Shown here in pieces: positions 53,916 to 64,000 of a stretch of DNA of 64,000 bases (its first letter is position 1; the number at the start of each line of letters is the position of its first letter). Made by a program: the position numbers and the translations under genes. Source of the DNA: Octopus sinensis (taxonomy: Eukaryota); NCBI RefSeq assembly GCF_006345805.1, contig NC_043007.1, forward strand, positions 7,812,001-7,876,000. The letters run 5' to 3'. The notes beneath the pieces are model-generated. The model was not told where the DNA came from. It saw only the letters and a list, made by a program, of their open reading frames with translations, and ran no database searches.

Positions 53916-54589
53916 GGATAGATGGCCATAACCACATTCATATTTATATAAATATATATATATATATCAATAATACAGTGATTGTTTCTTGTCAGGAACA
54001 AAAAGATTAATTGGACTGCTATAGAAGTCCTCTATTGAAAGAGACAAAAATATCAAACTAAAGTTATTGAACAAACAGATGCAAGGTCATCTTGTGGGAT
54101 GTTTATATGTATATTCTATGATTAAATGTTCGAATTATGAAATGCTATGCGGATGACCTTGCATTTGTTTGTTCAATGATTTTAGTTTGATATATATATA
54201 TATATATATATACAATATTTTATAATTATGAGTATAATTATAAGTAGGGTTCAGCAAAAATTTGCTTTACCACATAGCGAACTTTAGAAATAGCAGCCAA
54301 AGAACCTTAGCTATTTCTTCTACTATAAGAAGAAACTCCCGGACAACAAAATACTCAAAACAACCCACGTAGAAACGCGTCCACAGGTAACCAAATACCG
54401 AGTGAATTTCGTTGTTTTTCCTCTCTGTCTTCGTGGGTTATTTTGAGTATTTTGTTGTCCGGGGGTTAATATCTTCTCTAACTCAGCTTTGTCGTTCGTA
54501 TTAAATATTGGGTGATCACATCATTCGATCATACCATTACCCATGTAAAGATTCGGAAAAAAACCTTCAACATTTTACGGGTTGATAAA

Positions 54590-55090
54590 CATAGGTTTCA
54601 AATTGCGGCACAAGGCCAGCAGTTCAGTGGGAGGGGGGATGAGTCAATTACATCGACCCCAGTGCTCAACTCGTACTTGTTTTATCGACCCCGAGTGGAA
54701 GAAAGGCAAAGCGGACCAAAGCGGAATTTGAACTCAGAATGTACAGACGGACGAAGTGCTGCTAGGCATCTTTCCCAGCCTGCTGACGATTCTGGCAGCT
54801 CACCGTCTTAATCTTTACAACAGCAAAAGCAAGATGAGCGCCAATCCGAACCATGAAGGTAACTAAAGTAAAAAACAGAAGAAAAAAAAACGATGAAATT
54901 TTCTTTTCTACTCTAGGCACAAGGCCCGAAATTTTGGGGAAAGGAGCCAGTGGAGTAGATTACCAGTACGCAACTGGTACTTAATTTATCGACCCCGAAA
55001 CGTAAAGTCGACCTGGGCAGAATTTGAACTCAGAACGTAAAGACAGACGACACACCGCGTGCTAACGTGTCTGCCAGCTCGCCGCCTTTA
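54590..55090 (-). mobile_element. two SINE family 1 copies (54590-54810 and 54905-55090)
   Basis: Reverse-complement family 1 bodies ending ...ctgccagctcgccgcc / ...ctggcagctcaccgtc. Confidence 0.8.
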
Positions 55091-55509
55091 AATGATAAAA
55101 TATTAACAACATGAAGACACATTAATCACCAGGCTAACTCTTCTAGCATCTTATAAGAGGCTGTGTAAAATGTAGGAGGCTTTTCTCGTGAATCTGTATT
55201 GAAGCTTGGAATTCTAGATGCGGATGAATGTGACGCCAGGAAGAATTGATGTTAAAATAACACTTTGTACGCTCAAGCAAAATGATATTCTGGTAAATAT
55301 TAGAAACATAAAAAGTATCTCTCGCTTGCAGATAAAGCTGTGACTCAAAGTTTTAAAATGATTTCGCTGTTGGGATATATTACCAACGGGTTTCCGAAAA
55401 AGGCCTATGTTATGCAGCAAAGTTATTTTGTAAATTCCAAAATTAAATATAGCAATCAAATCCCAAATTGTTATAAAAGAAAAGGCTTCAATTCCTTCAA
55501 CGGGGCTAT

Positions 55510-55548
<39 letters not shown>

Positions 55549-57908
55549 TGTGTGTATATACATACACGTGCTTCTGTCTGTGTGTGTGTATTCGAATTAA
55601 GCTCCTAACAAAGTTTTGTCATTCATTTAAAGAAAATATGAACCAATAAAATATTTGGAGCTCGAATCATTTGGCTTTTCATTTTGCCACCGAAATGAAC
55701 TGACAATGGAATAAGGATTCTCTTATGAACTACAATCCGCTGACAGCTTTTTCTGCTATAAGATGCAGTGGACTCAGAGTTGAGGGCCTGAGTAACCCCT
55801 TATAGCTTCGTAGGAGCCTCGGTATCCGAAGCCAAGTACTTTCATAACATAATCGTTTATTCCTTTGTCATCTCATTTTCTTATTACCGCTCTCTACTCG
55901 ACTAACGCTTCGTTCTGAAGCATACGGACATTGAGTTTGACACCAAGTAAAATCTATAGTAAATAAAGCAGTGAATTCAACTTGTAATTGAACCTGCATC
56001 TTCGCTGCCACGGTTTAACGTGAATTTACTAATCTTTGTTTATTTATTTATTTTGTTGATGTACGAATTAAAAAAAACTTCGGGGGAACATCATATAATA
56101 CATTTAAGGAACTGTGGATATCGTGTCAGATGATAAAGCCTTCAACTTTTATCCAAAGAGTTTTTACCTTGATATTTGCACGCTATTATTTATAACCTTA
56201 TTATCTACTTCGAGATCCACTATTCCAAAAAAGGTGCCGGATTGTTATAACTGTTAAAGTTTCAGGCTTTCGGTATCGATTCCTTCAAAGTGTTCCAGCA
56301 GCAACAATTGCCACGACCCTGGTGCCAAGTTATATCAGCCCCAATTGATTACCGCTTCCTTGATTAAATATTCATGACATGCAGAGATGTGCATGCATGC
56401 GCATTTGCCAGACTTCCCCCGCAAATCTTGCTCGAGTCTGCATATTCATGTAACAGATACTTGGACAACCATGACCGATGGAGAGTCTGTATATTTATTT
56501 ACAGGGAAAGAAGAAAGGGAATCGCTTGTGACCTTCGATCTTTTGTGTGGCGTCCAAAGACAACAGATGACAAAAGGAAAACAAAAACTATCCTCGAATC
56601 GGACTCCTAGCTTAAATGTTTGCAATAAGGTAGACTCAGCTAACTGGTAATGAAGGTACCAGTCGTATTTTATGGGGCAAAGACCATCTACAGTTTCTGG
56701 CCACTAAATTTCGTTGACAAGACTTGTTTCGAATCGGAGATATGTTTGAAGACGCCAACTTAAGGTGCTGTGCGTCGTAATTGAACCCGAAACCATGTTG
56801 CAAAGTGGAATACTAAAAGTACACGATGCAGCTAATATCACCAATATTGATAAGGAGTCGAGGTGAGGGTGGGGTTGTGTATGCGACAGAAAACTTGTCA
56901 CAGTTTTATCTTCTCTTCATTTTGGCAGCCTACAACTCCGTTTTATCTTATAACGAGGTGGTGGCAGAAGTGGAAGTAGTGGGAGTAAGAGAAAAAAATC
57001 TTTTGAAATCCGTTGTCAGATAAAAATAACGAATCGCGATGAATTCGTTTGTTTTGCTTAACACGTGACAAAGAGGTTGATAACCGAATGAAAGGGAGAA
57101 AAAAAAACAAAGAAAGAAGCAAAGAAAATAAAGAAAAGAAGCCAAGTATAGAAAAGAAGCTTGTTTCTATAATATAACACTGTTCACTTCCCAACCACGG
57201 AATTCATGGTTCGATACCAGGGTGTGGTGTTTTAGGCAAGTGCCACAGGATCAGTTATCATTATTTCGAGTCGATCCAAGCTTTGTGGGTAAAACGAGTT
57301 AGATGGAAACTATGTGGAATCCTGCAGAACAGTTTGTACGTGTAATTTTAAAGTGCAGACCTCACTCTCCTCCCCTCTCTCTCTCTCTTACTTTCTCTCT
57401 TTCATTCTCCGTCTTTCTCTTTCACACACACACACAGATACATACACACATGCATACACTATGTCCAGCGGATTTTTGCCTGTGCTTTATGCTAAGAGTC
57501 CTCGAAATACTCAGCCATAGACACATCTGATTCAATGTGAGCAGAAGATAAAAGAGAAAGAAGCGTTATGGAGTTATTTATCTCGAAAAAGTGGTTGTTT
57601 GAAATGGAGCATTTAATACCGTTTCTTTGCTTTCTACATTGTGCTGTGTGTGTGTGCGCGGTGGTGGGGGGAGCGTGCGCACGCATGCAAGCGTATTTAG
57701 CATATTTTGTATATTCGGGGGGCGGGAAGAACTTTCATTGCGGAAATAGAAACGCGAGGAAGTTCTCATAAAATTCTCATAAAGTATATGCGTGTAGAAG
57801 ACTTTCTGGGGTTCTATATGACGTCATTGGACCGTGAGACGCATCTGTGTTTGGGTAGTCACGCTTCATCAGCAATGCACACCGAATCATTCATAGGCTT
57901 GTTTATGT

Positions 57909-57960
<52 letters not shown>

Positions 57961-57961
<1 letters not shown>

Positions 57962-58277
57962 GAGGCGCATAGCTCAGTGGTTAGAATGTCAGGCACACAA
58001 GTATGAGATAGTGAGTTCGATTCCCAGACCGGGTTGTATGTTGTGTTCTTGAGCAAGACACTTTATTTCACATTGCTCCAGTTCACTCAGCCGTGGATAT
58101 GAGTAGCAACATCGCTGGTGCCAAGCTGTATCAACCTTTGCCTTCGGCGTAGAGAAGAGAGGCTGGTATGCATGAGCAACTGCTGGTCTTCCATAAGTAT
58201 AACCCTGCCCAGACTCGTGCCTTGGAAAGGAACTTTCTAGATGCAACGCCATGGTCATCCATGACCGAAGGGGGTCT
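57961..58277 (+). mobile_element. tRNA-derived SINE, family 3 (CORE-like central domain)
   Basis: GGAGGCGCATAGCTCAGTGGTTAG (A box)...GAGTTCGATTCCC (B box), tgtgttcttgagcaagacacttt..., ends gaccgaagggggtc. Confidence 0.85.
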
Positions 58278-58984
58278 TTATATATCTATTCTTTACTTTT
58301 CCGTTAAGGTAAGATCAACAAAAATATTTACTCGGCCTGGTCGGAGATAATTCTTAATGCACTCAGTTATTTAGTTATGAGCTGCTAATAGTTTGATACT
58401 TTGAAGATATTATGCCTTGTGGCTCCAAGTAATCTTCAGGTTCTGGGCTCATGGTTGTTACAACTTACGAATCAGGATAATAGAACAAGAGAAATCATGA
58501 GAAAAACGAGACGAAGGTGCGTTCAAAAGGCGGAATGGAGAAAGAAAAAAGGCAAAAGAATGAAAAAGAAACAAAGAAGAATTAGAGCTATGTAACCCCT
58601 TTTATCGTAGAGGTGCAAGCCAAGATACTGTAAAATTGCATTAAACAATATACACACATACTAACACACATATATTTTTATTCGTATATATATTTTTACC
58701 ATCTCTGTTCTTTATATATGTATATTTTTTTTATATATCTAAGAACCATGGCAATATTTATATATGATCAAATGTTTGGGGTTTGGCGTTCTATATAAAG
58801 TCGTTGACTCGAATTTGATGTTTGTTCTGTGATCAATGTTTCTTTATCTTTATCTCAATTACATTTGAGCAATTCTCTTTTGCAGTCCTATAAACCCTTT
58901 TGTTTCCATAAAAAGAGACAAATATTATTTCTTGTCGTATATATATACATATACATACATACACACACTCACACACACACATGT

Positions 58985-59319
58985 GAAGGCGCATGGCTCA
59001 ATGGTTTGAGCTTCGAGCTTACGATCGTGAGGTTGTGAGCTCGAATCCCGGACCGGGTTGTGCGTTGTGTCCTTGAGCAAGACACTTTATTTCACGTTGC
59101 TCCAGTTCACTCAGCTGTAGAAATGAGTTGCGACGTCACTGGTGCCAAGCTGTATCAGCCTTTGCCTTTCCCTTGGATAACATCGGTGGTGTGGAGAGGG
59201 GAGGCCAGTATGCATGGGTGACTGCTGGCTTTCCATAAACAACCTTGCCTGGACTTGTGCATGGGAGGATAACTTTATAGGTGCAATCCCATGGTCTGTG
59301 TCGTGACCGAAGGGGGTTT
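58985..59319 (+). mobile_element. tRNA-derived SINE, family 3, second copy
   Basis: Collinear with 57961-58277. Confidence 0.85.
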
Positions 59320-59407
59320 CAGAATACACACACACACATACAGATAACTTTGAGAGGTTTCGGCCAGTATAGGCCCAGGCAATGTCTAACTGAATAGTAC
59401 CATCTGA

Positions 59408-59465
<58 letters not shown>

Positions 59466-59574
59466 GTGAATGGATTATACATCTGTGGGAAGTGGTTGTA
59501 CAAGTAATTTGGCGCGATACCTTTGATTTTTTTTTTGTATTATAACTACTTCTCATATTTAAATAGATACATAT

Positions 59575-59736
<162 letters not shown>

Positions 59737-59965
59737 TGTATGTCGTGTACGCGTGAGAATGCAGGCATTTAAGCGTGTGCTTAAGAGAAGAAATAACACG
59801 TTATGAATATGTTCTCAGCTCTGTTCGAATTGTGGGCGTCCCTCTGTCTGCCATTGCAGTCACAGTTAAAAGCAGGAAATAGCAATGAAAGGAAGTTTTT
59901 ACTTAGAATATATGAATATATTTGCACGTCTCTCTTTCACTCCTTCAATCTCGTTCGCTCTCTCT

Positions 59966-60053
<88 letters not shown>

Positions 60054-60569
60054 TATATACACAACTATATATATATATATATGTATATATATAATGTGTG
60101 TATGTGTGTATATAAAATGGTGGGGGTGTCAAATGTTTTCATACTCATCATCATCATCATCGTCATTATCTTTACAATATTCATCTTAACCATCATCGCT
60201 ATATGTAACGAGACACTTAGCCTGGAAGCTACATTGTACCATGATGATGATGATGATGATGATGGTGGTGGGGAGAAGGAGGAGGTCAATCATCATGGCT
60301 TGATCATCATACGATGGCAAATCTACATTATTGTTTGATTGATGTGACTTTTAATGTCAGAAACCGCGTCCAATATTGCTCCGGGTTAATTTTCTCCTCG
60401 TTTTTTTTTCTTGTCTGAACTTAATAGTAATTCCAGAGATTGTAATATTATTTAACGCTATCTTTGCTGTTTTTATATAAAATCAAAAGAGCGACAGAAT
60501 TGTCAGAACTTTGGACTAAATGCATCATAATATTTAGTAACATCTCCGAGGGCAATGGATTAGAAGAAT

Positions 60570-60900
60570 CGATAGAACGTCGGAAAGTGCCTTGCGGTAT
60601 TTATGCGGCCCTTTATCGTCTGAGTTCAAATTAAAGTACTAGCAATAGTATTGGACCCATGATATTGACTAACAGCCTCTTGTTACAATCGTGTGTTTTG
60701 TACCTCGTCAGAACATCGGATAAATTCTTTGCGCTATTTATTCCCACTCCTGACGCTCTGAGCTGAAATTTCGCTGGGGTTTGTCTTACACCGTTTCGTT
60801 GTCGATAAAATAAATTATCGGCCAAGTACCGGGAGTCGATGCTATCGAATGGCCCCTTCAACCCAAAATTTCAGGCCTTGTGCCTATTGCAGAAAGAATT
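60570..60900 (+). mobile_element. SINE family 1 copies/fragments
   Basis: gagttcaaatt...; gagctgaaatttcgctgggg...gtcgataaaataaatt...caaaatttcaggccttgtgcc. Confidence 0.6.
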
Positions 60901-61362
60901 ATTTATTTATTCGTTTGTTTTTGAGTGAAAGTGTAGCAGACGCCATCAAAGTAACTATGGGGTTCAAATGTACGAGGCCCAATATACCCATTATACCCAT
61001 CATACTTATCCGTCTGATAAAGGCATGCCAAAAATATGCATCACATTCATATGTGATGTGGTGACGTGGTGACTTCTTCGCAAGATAAAGAGCCCATCAC
61101 CTTGCAGGCGGGACCCAGTCAGAAGCTTCTTCAGGTCGAGGAGCCAAACCCACTCAAAAGGTCCCTGAATAAGGGTTGTTTAAAGATGATGAATGAAACC
61201 CCAAAGAATCCCTCACAACGCATGGTTATGATGGCTCCCACCACTACTCCAGCTCGTGATTAGGATTGCTTTGTTTAGGTTGTATAATTGAATTGATAGT
61301 GTCTTGCGTAGGATGTGGGTTGTTCATATATATATTTATATGTGTATGTGTGTGCGCGCGCG

Positions 61363-61427
<65 letters not shown>

Positions 61428-61444
61428 GTGTGTGAGTGCGTGTT

Positions 61445-61476
<32 letters not shown>

Positions 61477-62050
61477 CCAGGGCAATTCCCTATATTTTTA
61501 GGAGGGGTAGCCACACCAAGACACACGTCAGGCATTCCATTCATTTCCCAGCTCAAAGAGGCGAGCCCCGTCCTATGCTAGGGTCAAGGCATTGAACGCA
61601 ACTCCCCCCCCCCACACACATACCAGCAGCGGGGCCCGACAGCATATGCTGGTTTACCCCCACCGCATCATGCTGATTCCGTACCCCTTTGAGCAACATC
61701 AATTCACTCATCATCCATCCATAAACACTCTGCAAGCTTTCCTATCATTAGCAAACTCTCTTGCCTCTCTCTCACTCCAACACCTCTGACGACCAAAGCT
61801 TTCCTCAGTCCATCCACCCATCCACAGAAACCGAGGTTTGCCTCTGGTTCTGCTGCCCACCACTTCTGCCTTCATCACCCTCCTTACCATCCGTTCCTCA
61901 TCCATCCTCTCCATATGACCAAACCACCACAACATCCGTCTATCATTTCTGGTTGTTAGATTTTTCTCTCATTCCTGCTCGCTTCCGCACCTCCTCATTC
62001 CTCATCCTGTCCATCCATGTCACACCAACCATAGCCCTTAAACATCTCGA
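61477..62050 (-). mobile_element. RTE-clade LINE 3' fragment with 3' UTR
   Basis: RAMVGVTWMDRMRNEEVRKRAG...MLWWFGHMERMDEERMVRRVMKAEVVGSRTRGKPR (L.WFGH..R...RGRP motif). Confidence 0.85.
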
Positions 62051-62344
62051 GCATTTGTTCCAAGCAAGGCTATAGTTTTTGCATAATGTGGAGTGTTTAG
62101 CGTCCAGGCATTGCTCCTATGTTTTTGGTTCAAATGTTTCTTTATCATTCCCAAATTATTAATGGTGTTTTATTTCCCACAGCTTGAATATTTCGGTTTC
62201 CAAGTCTTTGTACTTTGACAATTACTCCACTTTTTTGGGGGGCAATATTTTGGTCAGAAGGGACTTAGACATTGGCCATCTCGCCTCTATGGCTTGGTAG
62301 CACTGTATGTTAAAATTCCAGAGTATTTTGTAATGTTCGTTTTC
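62051..62344 (-). mobile_element. Dong/R4 REL fragment, 5' end abutting (TAA)n
   Basis: ENEHYKILWNFNIQC...IEARWP...LSKYKDLETEIFKLWE...LGMIKK...ALLGT. Confidence 0.7.
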
Positions 62345-62366
62345 TATTATTATTATTAAAATTAAA

Positions 62367-62410
<44 letters not shown>

Positions 62411-62427
62411 CATTATTATTATTATTA

Positions 62428-62462
<35 letters not shown>
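62345..62462. repeat. (ATT)n tract between two Dong fragments
   Basis: Directly visible. Confidence 0.95.
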
Positions 62463-62770
62463 CGACTCAGGTTCGTACTTACTCCTGGTAGAATTTATGT
62501 GGGTGGCGGGTTACTACCTGAAACTTTAGGTATCCCCAAGCTTTCAATAGTGTTTCAGGGGCTTAGAACCCTCCTGATAATCTTTCCTATCCCTAAGAGG
62601 CAAACTTTCTGTAGAAGCTCTCCAGGACATTCTATTCCGATCTCCTTAACTCATTTGTCTATATCTTCGCTTACAGTTCTCAATGCACAAATTATTCTAG
62701 GAACGACCTTTACAGTTTTCATATTCCAAATTCTTGCAATTTCAAATTTTAAGGAATTGTATTTTCATTG
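62463..62770 (-). mobile_element. Dong/R4 C-terminus plus 3' UTR ending in (TAA)n
   Basis: KYNSLKFEIARIWNMKTVKVVPRIICALRTV...LLQKVCLLGIGKIIRRVLSP* (stop 62555-62557), 92-nt UTR, then TAA repeats. Confidence 0.8.
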
Positions 62771-63879
62771 TTTTTCGTCAGAGCGTGAAGAGTCGGAAGA
62801 AACGGTGTATTTTGTTCCACGAGCCACCGATTCTGCCAGAACGCCGCTACTTTGTTTTCAAACGTTAAAACACGCAGTTTTAATTGTAAGGAGAGGAGCC
62901 GATACCATCGACTCTAGCTCATGACTGGTATTCTATTTTATCGACCCCGAAACGCTGAAGGATAAATTTGAGCTTAACGGGATTTGAACGTCAGAATGGA
63001 AAGTGCAAAAACATATACCACAAGGCAGTTTTTCTGACGAGTAATAGTGATAAAACTCAGAAAGGCAAAATACCAAATCACAATGAGAACGAAAAAAAGT
63101 AATCATAAAAACTAATTCGTTTTTGGATTTGGTTCTCGAATTAGAATATAAAAATATAAATATTAGCATTGGGTTGAAAAAATGCTTTTGGACAGAAAAA
63201 GTCGAAGGCTGTCCATGGGATCCGGAGCTACATCAACAGGCAGTCTACCACTGTACCACGAGCAGTTTTCGACGAATTTTATCCAAAAATGGGTTTCCAA
63301 CTCAACATTTCCAAGCTATTTTTTATAGCTTTGAATGTATTTCGAGAATCAATTCCGAAAAAATAATTATCCCGCGTTCCCTCGGTTGTTTATAAATTCT
63401 TATGAAATCATAAAGATTAAAAAAAAAAAGAATAAGGTATGCTTATGCTGTCAGTGATGATGATGATGAATGATTAAGTATAAAAACAAGATAAAAGATA
63501 GAAATGGAATTTAGAAAATAAAACTATAAACAAAATTAAATAATAAAGATTAATGTGTAAAGATAGAAGGGTTGATAGAAAGATGGCGGTGAATGCGGTG
63601 AGGGAATAAATGGGTAGAACGAAGCATAAAAGATGATGATAAGAGAATACAAGGAATGAGGTAGATTGATGAGTGCTTCCCGTGAGCCCTGGGTTGAGAT
63701 TATAATCATGCAGGTTCTCTCTCAGAAATAAACTCACAGAGGCGCACACGCCACACACCCCACGCACACTTATACACATACATACGGATATATATATATA
63801 CATATATGAGAGGTGGGTCTGTGTTTTTGTATATGCACAGATATCAACACACCTTGATAAACATACCTACATATGTATT

Positions 63880-63925
<46 letters not shown>

Positions 63926-64000
63926 TATATAGATATATATACATACATACATACATACATACATACATGCATGCATACATACATGCATGCATGCATACAT

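Noticed and set aside
57961-58035. tRNA genes at SINE heads (also 20255-20325, 50892 and 58985)
   Set aside because: A/B boxes are present but run into SINE bodies shared by several copies, and the acceptor stems are incomplete.

Overview
AT-rich, microsatellite-saturated animal genomic DNA. The SINE families and repeat landscape match my recollection of Octopus genomes (not verified by search). Only one host coding exon is supported: a 366-nt, phase 1-1 exon (15721-16086, minus strand) encoding TM3-TM5 of a cholecystokinin/sulfakinin-type GPCR. No other exon of this gene was recognisable, so most of the window is probably intron. The rest is transposon debris: a near full-length, decayed R4/Dong LINE in a (TAA)n tract; further Dong 3' fragments in (TAA)n; a second R4-clade family repeatedly abutting (CATA)n; RTE, RTE-X and CR1 fragments; Penelope-like (PLE) relics; two mariner elements; a Helitron; a Helentron-like element; a possible Chapaev relic; and four tRNA-derived SINE families. 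The most interesting signal is six minimal type I hammerhead-ribozyme motifs, all on the minus strand (sense to the GPCR transcript). Two sit in long near-perfect inverted repeats and two share a non-canonical CUGUNGA core. Nearly all listed ORFs are microsatellite or antisense artefacts. There is a 100-N gap at 34213-34312. Coordinates of decayed repeats are approximate, and all motif comparisons were made by eye from recalled family consensus, not database searches.
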